Assembly (NCBI GenBank): GCA_976226885.1
Contig: OZ320315.1
Coordinates: 50,468,001 to 50,532,000, forward strand
Length of the DNA stretch: 64,000 bases
Direction of reading: 5' to 3'
DNA from: Iphione sp. A-MEVVRFRX5
Taxonomy: Eukaryota
Positions 40,621 to 52,680 of this stretch are shown piece by piece. Numbering within the stretch: position 1 is the stretch's first letter; every line of letters starts with the position of its first letter. The translations under genes and the position numbers were made by a program. Under the pieces are notes generated by a model. It was not told the origin of the DNA and made no database searches. It saw only the letters and a program-made list of their open reading frames with translations.

Positions 40621-42099
40621 TGGAACCCAGCCCTTAGTCTCATGAGGCAATTGAATGTTATAGACATGCTCATCATCCTTCGCAATTGTGATTCCCCCGT
40701 AGATTGTAGGATACTTTTCCCGCCTCACATAGAAAAGAAGTTGGCATAAGTTAGCTCAAGCAAAATCATTATATTGCATGTGTACCTACAACAATGGGCA
40801 AAATGAAGAAACAAATCTCCAGTCAGTACCAATGGATTGGTGTACGTAGATAGATGCTGCGACTTCTAGGTTTTCTCAAAGAGAAAACGGTGACTCATTA
40901 GTTCTGCGACATACCATTTAAAGGTTAACTTCATTATAGTTGCTTTCTACTCACCTCCAGTTCATATCTTCAGTTTTCGTTGGAGACTATGGTTGACGAA
41001 CCATGTCACACTTACACGTGTTCTCATGGTGTTAAATCGAAGTGGTTGTATCTTTGTTATTCACGTACATGATGATTGATAGTATTAGGAGCATGGTCAG
41101 ATGTGTGTTTGAATGGTATAGTCCCGTATATTTCACGGGAATCTCTAAATATGCACTCAAATGTGTACATCCATACAAAATTGACAGGTAGCGTGAAGCC
41201 CCTAAAATCTGCAGTGTTGCGGGGTTCCTTTTAGCTGGAAGGAGGGCAAGCTACGTTGGGATAAAATTGTCTCTCCACCAACGAAAGATAGGAAGGTACC
41301 TTGGGGTCGACGGACGGGTGCAGTGCTTGTCAAAAGGCAGCAAATGGATCCTGATTGATGTTTGACACGGCGATGGAGGGCGGTACCATTGAGATGGAGG
41401 TCTAAGGTGGTCTATGCACCACGTCTCGGTATCTAGTCCCTCTTCCTTGCGAGTGTAGTCGCCGCTGCGTACATCTAAGAAATTATGATTCGATTGACAA
41501 CGACAATTTATGACGCGTGGCTGGTGATCTCGCTGCAGTCTGAAAGAAACGGTTTCTCAACAGAGAAAAAATGTCCTCTCTGCAGCCCATGCGAAACGGT
41601 AATTCGGACATGCAAATTTCTTTTGTGGTATGAGTTGCAATAAGGATATGAGAACGTGTGAGACACGTACATAAGGTGCATGAAGTAACAAGCAAACATT
41701 CAGTACCCATATTCAGCACATTCCCTGAAGGATAGTTTCTTTTAGCTCTAGGTTATTTCCCTCCTAATTTACAGAGTTCACTGTACCTTTCCCATAAAAA
41801 TATTTTCTATTGCATCTTGTCACATAAAGATAGCATTCAGGTTGACACTAGGAGGGGTGCTCATTGTCACCAGTCTCCAGGCACAATATTGATTAGCATG
41901 CGGCAATATAATCCGCTGCGTTATGGGGTTTTCCATTGTGAACAGCACGCGAAAAAGGTTCACCATAGAAAGAAAGCACAATTGTGGACTATGTGCTCTG
42001 ATCATGTCTTGTGAGGTTTCCGGTGGGGTAGCATTACTTTTGGCGCAGGCTGACTGCAATTTGGTGAAAGAGTTCCACAGCGCGTTAGTGAATTGGTTG

Positions 42100-42550
42100 T
42101 GAAGTCGCAGGTTCGACCCTCGGAGCCTGCTCTCGACAGGCCAACCCCCGGGATTTAACGTAATGGATAGACCGGGACAAACAAGTCGCACAGCACCGCC
42201 GTTGGGGTTGCGGGCAAGTGGTGTCATCGCGTGGCCTCCCCCGTGCTGTTTTGGCATTATTCGGGACAACTTAAAAGTTTCCTCACCAGCGCCAGTCAGT
42301 CTGGAGAGAGCGTTATCACGTCGGGCGCCCGCCCCGCAGCCGCCGAACGGCCGCTTGCCTCTAAAATGCCGGGACGATCTGCCTGTACGGGCGACAAGCG
42401 GCTGGCTATCAGGCAGGCCGTAACAGATAAGCCTTATCAAATACATCGTCTGTAGATAGTAACCATTGCCTGGCGTCTTGCTGAATATGATTCGCACCTT
42501 TGGACACGTTTCCCAGGGGATGGGCCCGGACGAGCTGCTCCCACACTGAG
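42100..42550 (+). mobile_element. DIRS-like RNase H remnant
   Basis: PLGLRASGVIAW...IIRDNLKVSS (ORF 42163-42423) resembles LELRA...W...IRTDN..V. WRLA...LWTRFPG follows later, with spacing longer than expected. Confidence 0.4.
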
Positions 42551-45500
42551 AGTCGCTCACCGTATCGTAGCATCTCGGCCCATGGGCTCGCCCAGGGCCG
42601 GTTCCCTGGTCTCTGCTGGTGGAGGGTGATCAGCTTTTTTCACTGTGCAACCAAATTAACAGAGGCCTTCCATTCACTCATACAGATCGCATCCTCCGTG
42701 GGAACAATTAAAGAGCCATCCTAGGCCTTTGTCATGGACTAGGGATCATTGATTTGTGCCGTGCAACGATAACAAAGGTTTCCAGCTTTCCTGGCGTTTA
42801 ATTCCATCGTTCTTTCGGTCAGTTTAAGTTTATTCGATCACACACTTTGTATAACGAAACACGAGAAACATGACTGCTGAGTGAGAAGGTTTTAGTACTC
42901 GAAGCAAATTAATTGCGAAAATAATGCTCATAAATATGACTGGTCGTAGATGACGACTTCTGTCCTTTGTAATCTCGCGTCACACAAGTATCACTTTTGT
43001 GCCAAATCTATTCGTTGCATGATGGTAATAATGGCAGAATTGAAGTGTAATTTAAGTAAGTCTCGTTCTGTGGGGCGTCTTGACTGTGTTAGCATTTCCG
43101 CAATAGCCACTTCGTTTTTCTGTTTATTAGCTGAGCAGAGGAGCAAGCGATCCCTTATTCAGACAGCAAATGCACAAAGTACTGTCAAAGACGTCAGGAT
43201 ATCAACTACATTGGGTGCTACATTCCAGGGTCAATTTGGCATAAGATCCAGAAAAAGAGTCTCTTTGTCTTGACATGTTTTGGTACTGGCAAAATTCCCA
43301 ATAAACATGGCAACACGGCCATGATTTCATGAGAACTATACTGAAAGTAAGTGAAATGACCATGTGAAGTATGTATCATGTAGAAAGCATCATATTTCTT
43401 CACATTCACTCACTTTTCCTCACTTCTCTTAACCGGTTTTCCGTTTTGTGTTCAGAAAACACATGATTTTCTCGGTCATTCACTGGAAAACACTTAGTTT
43501 TTTCACCGTTTTCTTCCGTTTTTCGGCTGTTTGCCCGATATTTGCCCGTTTTCAGTCAACTTTCATGTATTTCATGTATTGGATGTGAATTTTGCCTAAA
43601 ACATACCTCTTTTTCCATGGCGCAGATGAAACACGCCTCTAAGGAAATTCAGCCTGACAAACTGATTTTTTAGCCATGTAATAAACTATAAAGCTATAAA
43701 GCTGTTCTTGCAGGTCAATAAATTCACGCCTATTTTGTGTTGTTATGCTAAATTATTTTATGCTTGATTACGAAGCTGCAAAGTTTGATGTCAAAGTCAC
43801 AGACCAATAATGAATACAAATTTAAGAACTCATAGCCCAACCAGCGATATAGTACATGGAGAAAACCTTCTATTCAGTTGATAATCGAAGTGAATTCCAA
43901 ATCACACTGTTTTTATTGCCACTTAGCCTCTGCGTGACCGTGCTGAATTGAATTCGGCAAGACTACATGATTCTTTCGAATTACTTGTGATTAACCTATA
44001 CATGTACAGACAGAAGACCATGCTATGTAATTAAAGAAGCAGCTCTGTTCAATAATGCTTACAAAGGTACCTTTTCAAAAAAGGAAATATAGCTATTGTT
44101 ATGCCTCCGGAGCATGTTTGTCAGAGATTATTGGTAGCCCACTGGATGAGCAGGTGCGCTAGCTTAAAGGCTATTAAATCGGTAGCCGTTTGAAGTGTAC
44201 AAAATTGTTAGGACTACCTTAGTGTCCTAAAACCATATTGCATCTTAAACATTTCAAGTGCCGGCAATGACTGTCTTTTTTCTGTTGCGCAATTATGTCT
44301 CCTGATTTATGGAAAGGCACAAGTCCTGCATGAAGTCCCAGACCTCAAAGAATTTGAATTTTGTTATCCATCTTCCTTTCGGTATCAGCCTGCCACATCG
44401 GGTGTGATAAAAAATAAATCTACAAGTTGTAATGTTGCTCGAAAGGACCACAACATTGAGTAAAAATGTGTGTATACATGTTTATATATATATATATATA
44501 TTAGAAAGCATTATTTGGCAGCATCCATGTTGTACATTTGCAAACAGAAAAAAATGTATGCTATTGTTAACATACAACGACATAAAATGGTACCCTATAC
44601 TCCTGCTGTTATGCTGTGCAAAGACATTTGATAGGCTGTATCCCCGGGAAACACATTTATCAAGTGAGAAGAATATGAACTTCCGCAGGGACCCTGTTGT
44701 GTGCCACGGCTCCTCTGTGCTGTCTGTTATTCGCCTCAGGTGGCTTCCTCTGTCTGAGGTCATTCCATCACCTGTAGCTTTCCTCGCCGTAATTCCGGCG
44801 CATTCCTCAAATCGTTGCACTCATCCCGCACTTCCTGATTACTGAAAGGCCGCTCGCCATCGATCACCCTTCTTGGCAGTTGGTAGCCGGCAGACGCATG
44901 CAACAATAACCCAACACGTGTTTTTCCAATTTCCCTGATAGCCGTTGCCTTTATGCAAGGACTTTCGGTCACTTTTACTGCAATCTGGGAATCAGACATT
45001 TTGCATGACTATCTTTCAATCAGATCCAAGCGTCAAACCCTCAAAAATTCCCCATCGCTTTTCATTTTGCTGTTTTGAATCGCAGACGATGATATCAGAT
45101 TTGGGTCCCAATTTTAACCATTGCAGGAAAGGCAAAGAAGTCGAGGCGATATGATCGCGAATATTCATGAGGAAATTGCACCGTTATTTTTAAGGCGCCG
45201 ATAAATAGTTTCATGATTGATAAGGTGGACTCCGTTGGAGAGCGGATGTGATACATCTCATTAGCCTGTCTTTGAATTCCACGACGGACTCGGGCCTGCT
45301 GGTGTCACATTGACAGTCTCTGGAAATGATACGCCTCTCACAGTAGTTTAGACTTTGTAGTGAACATGGCTTAGATCAGTTGCAAAAATGCATGTTGACA
45401 CGTTAGGTTCGACGAACCCATTTTTCTCCATTAGTCCATTAGTCTGGCATTTACACCAGCTACAGTTTGGAGAAACGTGTGTCATTCTTCACACAAAGAG

Positions 45501-46782
45501 ACAGTACGGACTAACATTGCAAAGTGTAATAGGAAAAGGGCAAGTAAATTAGCATAAGACATTGAGTGCGTCTCATCCCATGTTTTTTTCTTGTTATGTG
45601 ATTTAATCTTATAACCATATGCAAGTTTTTCACACCACATATATTTTGTATGGGTAACATATTTATTCATAGCACATTTTGAGAATCGTCCATCACCTTT
45701 AATTCAAAATAAGACGATTTCAAATTTCTATCGCATTACTTTCACAATCAAGATAATAGATCTCGTCGATGTAGCTGCTGAGAATGGCTTACACTACACA
45801 TACATTATATACATGTATATCTCTTCGCTAATCAAGCCACCTTTTACTCAGAGGCTATTTGACCGGTTTTGTGAGTGACTGCTTTGTTATCGGGTCAGCG
45901 AGATGGATTGATTTATACGTCTATATCGTAACTATAGTAAAACCTCCACACTACGATCACCCACCAGTCCAAGCAAAATTGACCACATTGACCTGTTGAC
46001 CAGAATGCTGACAAGTTATAAACTCTTAGACGTTGATATACCCTCCCGTTTCCTGTGCTGCCTAAACGATTTCGCATCGTCACTGGACAGGCTGCTAGCT
46101 TTATATGTATCACGTGTGATGCATTACCAACTGAAGTTATTGAAATGATTTTGTGCAGTATTGGTTTAGTGATTTAGCTCTGAATAGACTATACTTGAGC
46201 GTAACAAAGTGAATGTGTGATTTAAACCGTCATCTGAGTGTCACTGTGAATTATAGTTTTGGCCGGACTGTTTTGTCGATGTTCCTGATGTCTCTCTTGA
46301 TCAAAAGATAGAGAGATAACTTCGGTTCCAGGGAAAATGGACCATGATTGCTTGTTGACTGTCTACCTGAGCTGACTGCAACTTGAGGTTCTGATATATG
46401 TTTTAGTTAAAGTACGAGGACCAGCGATTACACGATATAATGGACGAGGTGACGAAGTCTTAATCTTTGAAGTACATGTACACACTTTGATTTACAGATT
46501 TGATTCTGTTTTTGGACTGCCGATAATGTGAGATAGCCTGATTATTAAGCTGTCATGATTCAAAGACTCAACCATATTTTCAAAATGATATTTTGAGCTA
46601 GAGGTGGGTACGCTGAGCAATATCGTATTCACGGAATCAAGGATTCTGTCCTACACATACTTGTCGACATATGTATCATTTATTAGTACATTACAAACAT
46701 ATTGGAGAACTTTTGTCCGCTATATCCCCTCTTATTCACACTGCATTCTATGTCATATTTTCCCTCGTTTTTTGAACTGCAG

Positions 46783-46871
46783 CCATGGCACTTCATCTGA
46801 AGTTCCTTCAGGCACTCCTCTCAAGATTTATTAGGCTCAAAAATAATCCTTCAATTTCATATCCGGAACAG
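46783..46871 (+). other. Candidate coding exon (MALHLKFLQALLSRFIRLKNNPSISYPEQ)
   Basis: Pyrimidine tract plus CTGCAG acceptor, strong Kozak GCAGCCATGG, CAG|GTAGTA donor; product not recognised. Confidence 0.25.
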
Positions 46872-48249
46872 GTAGTATACACCTGAATTTTGTCGGCAGT
46901 GTTATGCAATCACCGAATTGTAGGCACTTTTTAGCAGCTGAATTCATACATGTACTTCTTTATTGTTTCAAGATTAGTCTTTGAAGTACATATATTTGGT
47001 ATATATTTTCATTGAATAAATGGTCTTTTTCATTCTTAGATTGAATAGGAATTAATTACAAGTTAATGTGACATTACATCCGAATTTGTTTTACAGGGTA
47101 AATGTGCCATTTATAATAAAAAGACGTCAAAACCTCGAACGTTTCTTTTTACTTTATTTAACCTTGCTGTATTTATGCCAGGGCTTCAAACACAATACAA
47201 AGCGACAGTACACTTCTCCCATTTATGTGTTGGGGTTAACACACATAGTGACAGTAGAATATGGCACAAACGACTAGAGGGATGTACTTGATTCATGGCT
47301 TCTCAGAAGTAGCTCAGTGTCATCTAATACATAACAAATGTTAGTCATGATATACTACCATTTCTTGTTTAGGAAAAACCATACGGTGTCTCTCTTATAT
47401 CAATTTAATTTTGTGAATTGGATGGTTTTTTTGTAGACTTATGTAGTTATACCAAGGTTTGTGGTATTCAGCTAACCTTCCAATTTGCAGCATTCATCCT
47501 GTCACAGAGCAATGATTTGAATTTAATTTTTTCGGAACCTTCTTAAATAAAATTCCCCCGGGAGCGAATTCCGTAGCATCGTAGCACGAATTTCACTTCC
47601 GTATTGAGGGTTTCATGGTTGCTTTCCTTAGGGTAATTTCTGATGGTTTGGTGTAGAAAGGAATCAATTCTTCAGAATATTGTAGGGTTAAGAAGTAGTC
47701 CCTTCTCAAGTGTAATGGTGATATATTGAGGACATAGAGAAGCTTAATAATTTCTTGATCACCACATAGTGCTTTTGCCATAATAATCACGTGGCTATCA
47801 AGGGGCGTGTGTACGTTTCTTCAGTTTGTACCATGTAAATTATTCGTTTTTTTATTTCACTAAAGGCGAAGACATATCATTATATCGCTACTTGTCTGAT
47901 ATGGGGGTCTTATACTGAGTACTGTATAAGAGCATCCACTGCTGCACGCAAAAAGAAGGTCACCAGGGGTGTGTTAATATTGGCATGAAATGTGATTCAT
48001 TAGATAGGTGGCCCTTAACGCTCTCCTACTCCGTGGGACTCTTATTTCCCGTCCATGGGTCGGGCCAGAAGCCGACACGGCCAACGTCCCCCTTCTTTCC
48101 TCTCACGTGACTGTCATGGCGGGCCATCACAGCTGAGTGTCTCCCCCTGGCGGACACAGACCGCGCGCCGAGCGTCGGCGAAAATTGAATGTCGCCTCTT
48201 GTTTTCCAATCGCCAGCATGATGATGCATTGTGGCAACCCGCGGGCGCA

Positions 48250-48540
48250 GCGCCTTTGATTCACATTACGGTGTCATCGGAGGTGGTCGGGGCGGCTGGA
48301 ACAAAGCGACGCCGAGAGCCGCTCGAGTCTGACGACCCGGCCACACCGACCAACGCCATGCAATTGGTAGTGTCACGTGCGCCGCCACACAACGAAAAAA
48401 GGCGTTCCAAGCCGGAGCGATCAGTATGCAGATTATTTCGATTATCAATACATTCTCAGCTCAATTCAACCCCTATTTGGCATCAGCGGGTAGAAAATTG
48501 GCTTCAAATGAAGCCTGGCCATGGGCGGCACGCTATCGAC
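48250..48540 (+). mobile_element. DIRS-like RNase H remnant inside a CpG-rich island
   Basis: ITVSSEVVGA, TNAMQL 22 codons later, and IWHQRVENWLQMKPG (ORF 48055-48558) resemble TDAS..G.GA, IN.LEL and W.....NIWL...PG. Confidence 0.35.
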
Positions 48541-49251
48541 GGCAGGGAAGTGGACTGAGGCTTAGAGAAAGATGGCCTCCAAAGCGGGGACAGATCTCTG
48601 GCAAAATAAAAAATATAATAGGGGATGGGTGAGAATAGATCTAGCGTACACAGAAAATAACCCTCTATTCCTGTTCTATGTTATCTGCGGTGTTTCTCTC
48701 CACCTTTAACACAAACATTGGAAACGCCAGAGACTATGGTACAAAAAAGTCTTTGATGAGCCAGACTTGAAGATCATATTCACTTAATGGGGATTGGTCT
48801 TTTTCAAATGATAGTTAAAACGCTTCCTGTCCTGGCCACTTTACAAAGCGATGAATAAGAGAAGCGTAGCTATATCAGATCTTCCGTCATTGTGGAAAAC
48901 AAACTGGCCTTTTTTTATTTCGGAAAACTTTCTCGATAAAACCACAGTGAATCACTTTATCTGTCCCAACATGGTTACCCAAGAGTGATTGCAGCGTTAC
49001 TTTTGGCGGTCAAGGCCATTAGAAAATTAAGAAAGCATCAATCATTTCGAAGGTGAAAAAAGTCCGGTTACGAAGTTTTTCGTGGCATCCAAAGTGGATC
49101 GTTGCTGTCCAGGGGACGAGCTTGCTCATTTCAAGGCATGATTATGCGTGCGACGCGTGGCGCATGACGCATGAGCAAAGCAGCCATCCGTTCGGCTGCG
49201 CGCGCAAAGAGCGGGAAAAACACCGCTAAGAAAAGGGGACTGGTCAGATGT

Positions 49252-49282
49252 GGCGCCCCCTGGCGTCTCGCCCCCTGGCGCC
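49252..49282 (-). promoter_or_regulatory. Two tandem CTCF-like motifs
   Basis: CGCCCCCTGGCG occurs twice, 16 bp apart; the reverse complement CGCCAGGGGGCG matches the CTCF core consensus. Confidence 0.5.
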
Positions 49283-50889
49283 AAGCCAGTCAACCATTAA
49301 CCGTTCGCCGCATGAACAACGGGGCGGGCCTTGCGCCCAGAGCTGGAGGTGTCATCTTCTCCGAGGTCCCGCCGCTCCCGCCTGATCAAAATTGTCCCGT
49401 CTCTCCCCCTTTTTAACAAGCACTCCTAAAACTGTTTTGAGTTGGAGTTCGATTAGTGCCTGGGAGGGGAAACACCAAAAAAAATACCGCTCAGAAATTA
49501 GCGTTAGTCATCCCGCCTTGGGCCCCCTGACCAGTTGCGTAACACCGGGTGAAACGACGCGCTTCTGGTCCAGGGCTCACCTTGACTGAACGGGACCCCC
49601 TCTGAAGAGAATCCCTGGCGCAGGGTCCGTGTTTTTCAACACACCTGGGGCAGACTCTGTAAAGTTTCCATAGCGTTTGGGATTTCACGGTTAGCTCTGT
49701 TCGGTGGACAACTTTGCCGTTTCAATGATTCCCATCAAATGGCATTACTTATTTAAAGTCAAAACATTTCTATCGCCTACCAAGTCAATGGCCTTCCTTC
49801 ATGAGTTAACCGGAGACAAACATCATGACAATAGACAACCTCCCATGAGAGTTTACATTTAATCATGTAGAGAGGTTTCTATCCCAGACCAGCTCCTTCA
49901 CATTTTTCATTTTCTCCAAAGAGGATATCAATAATTACATGAAAAGTAGCGTTTGTCTGAAAAAAAATCCATCTTTTAAATCTCTGCCTTCCCCTACACT
50001 TAAAACTATTTGTGTGTATAGATTTACTACCGTCGTTTTTCTCCCAACCTCTTCAAGTATTAATTTTGGAAATATGCACATCATGGACACAGATGTAAAC
50101 ATAGAGATCTAGCCATAATAGTTACCTTTAGTCTCTGGAAAATGGTTCTCTTGCTATATGTTCAAGGTTTTATCTTAATTTTTTTATTGCCTATCTGGTC
50201 GATCAACCTAGTATCATAGCATTCTGACTTTTGCGGTTTTATTAACAAGAACGATTTGTTTTTAATGGGAGAAATTATTTACAACCTATATCAAAACTTT
50301 CATTTTGGAGGTCAAAATTGTTGACCCACACCAAAAAAGCTTACCAGTAGTCAGTGGGTTAATGTAAGGCCCGGTTTTCTTACCTGCATTTGATCTATGC
50401 AATTTTGGTGCATTGAGGTGGATTTTTTAAACCAGTGATATCTGAATTCAGAGTTCAATCTTTTATTGAGTGTAATGTCAATTTATACAAATTGATTTAC
50501 AAGGGAAGTTCAAGATCAAACCCAAAGTTTAAACATCATAAACCCACACTAAATGAAACATAGTTAAATACAGATTTTCGATGTTAAATAACAGTGATCC
50601 ACACTACTGTTTCAAATCTTAAAATCTCTTTTAAGAGGGTATTCCCTTGAATACCAAACTTACTTCATACAGGGTTTCCCATTTTCTCCAATAGTTGGCG
50701 AATACTTTTATTTTCACCTTTTACAACCTTATTTCAGGTCATATCACCTCCTCAGGAAAAGCTCGTCATAAAACTCTAACTCTTTTACAAATAATTTCAG
50801 CATAAACTACTCATGCTGATGTCAATCAATTATCCTATGGTACTTCTATGCCATTTGCGAAGAGCAGGCTTCACTTGTTTTTTTTTTCT

Positions 50890-52290
50890 GTGATGATCGC
50901 AAACCAAGAGGCAGTTTGTTCGAACAGAGAAGACCCTGGTAGAGATAGTCCTTGTGGTATACACTTCAGCATGGCTTTGCAATAGACAGACCCTTATTCT
51001 TAGCAGCACGTGTCATGTTGTTGGACACTTTTCTGAACAAATGCAGATCACACATGTTATGCAGGTATAGCAATAACATTAAGTTATACCATATACGTTC
51101 ATCTAAATTTGCCATCCCATTTTCTTCCATCCACTGCTGTGCCATCAAGCGAGACAGCAAACCCACCAGTAATCACAGCTTCACTGAATCATACAGGGCA
51201 TTAGCTAACTTCCTTTTTAGTGGGTCACTGGCTGTGGTTAGAAATCCCACACCATGATTAACAATTGGCAACGCAAATGCGTTAAAGGCAAGCAGTAGCG
51301 TCTTTTTATCTAAACACCATTTTGCTCGTGCCAGTAAATAACTTCTGGTCCTGATTTCTTTAATTTTCCGGCTCCACCATAACGCTAAAGGTTAGTTTTT
51401 CATCAACCAAATATCCTGAGTAATTGAAATACCTTACTATCCCTAGCTTGATACCGTCCAACTCAATATCCAAATCAAACTGAGCTGTCCTACCAAAGCA
51501 CATATGTTTTGACTTTCCCTGATTCAGAACCATCCCATTCTTCCCACAACAGACAGATATTTGTCTTTGTGTATGTTGGAGTTTTGAATTCAATGCCCAT
51601 GCACTTGACCCCCATGCATATATCGTAATATCGTCGGCATAAATAACTAAACAACTTGGAAAGGCCACATCATTAACATTATTCACCTACATGAAGAACA
51701 ACCAGAGGCCCAAAATGACCCCCTGCGAGACTCCAGCCACCGATTCTCTATAGGGTGAAGCCTCTCCATTATCCTGAACTCTTTGCTCGCTGTTTTGCAG
51801 ATATTCATTGCATCACTATACCACCATAACAATAATTCTGGAATTTTTGTAGGATCAAAGCATGAGGGACCTGCTTGAATGCTTTACCGAGGTCAAGGAA
51901 GACTGCAGCCGAATACCTCATTTGGTTTCAGTCCTCCAAGGCCCCCTTCAGTAGATCTGCACAGGCTAAAAAGCACAACTCCTCCCTAGCCTAAAGCCAT
52001 GTTGACAGCTCTTCATGAGATTCTGTTGATCTGTGAATAAACTCACTTGATTAAAAACTAAACGTTCCAATGTTTTACCTAATACTGGTAATAATGACAC
52101 AGGGTAATAGTTTTTCATTTCTGTCCTCCTGTTCTTTTTAAATAAGGGCACCACAGTTGCCAGTTTCCAACTCTGCACGAATTGTCCAGTACGTAGACAA
52201 CCATTGACTATCCACACAAAATGATGCATCTTTATTTGCAGTAGGTGCTTTAGTACACTCATACTCCTATCTTTTAATCTACTCGGCTTA
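50890..52290 (-). mobile_element. Decayed non-LTR retrotransposon RT (CR1/L2-like), multiple stops and frameshifts
   Basis: WKLATVVPLFKK, NYYPVSLLPVLGK and QHGFR (51966-52262); FLDLGKAF and GVSQGVILG between the ORFs; IYADD and GYLVDEKLTF (51360-51686); C-terminal YQGLLCSNKLP near 50900-50950. Confidence 0.92.
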
Positions 52291-52359
52291 GATTCTTAGA
52301 ATTTATTGAAGACTGTTCTTTGAATGCATATGAGTCGAGATGTGTTAGGCGTCTGTTGA

Positions 52360-52680
52360 TCATTAATGAACACGTTCAATGATTTAATGCACAAATGCAC
52401 AAACACCAGCTGATTTCCTGATATTTGCTCATTTTTCCTCACTTGTACACAAATATCTGTCTTTTCTGGGACTTTTTCTGGTCATTTCTGCTGATTTTCA
52501 TGACTTTTAGCATAATATTTGTCCTTTTTCATCATTTCCCCCGTCATTTTTACTAATTTTCATGGCATTTAACATCATATTTGTCCTTTTCCATTATTGT
52601 TTCCATCATTTCCACTCATTTTCACCCAGCCTTCATGTAGCTTTTGAGGATGCATGAGGTTGTATTAAGGCTGTTACAAA
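52360..52680 (-). repeat. Dispersed repeat, inverted relative to 40245-40620
   Basis: The reverse complement has AAAAGGACAAATATTATGCTAAAAGT and AAAAATGAGCAAATA; TGAGGATGCATGAGGTTGTATT is shared with the 54977 and 59266 regions. Confidence 0.75.

Noticed and set aside
42050-42125. tRNA- or SINE-like B box GGTTCGACCC
   Set aside because: No A box at a workable spacing and no cloverleaf; it lies inside a DIRS-like island.
44760-44999. Gypsy- or DIRS-like RT motifs (HASAGYQ...NAP)
   Set aside because: Spacing is about 6 residues short and there is no PFGL or YxDD; too weak to call.
49491-49688. Tyrosine-recombinase-like DSLQRGSRS...FTRCY
   Set aside because: The catalytic His of HS.R is absent and there is no supporting upstream motif.
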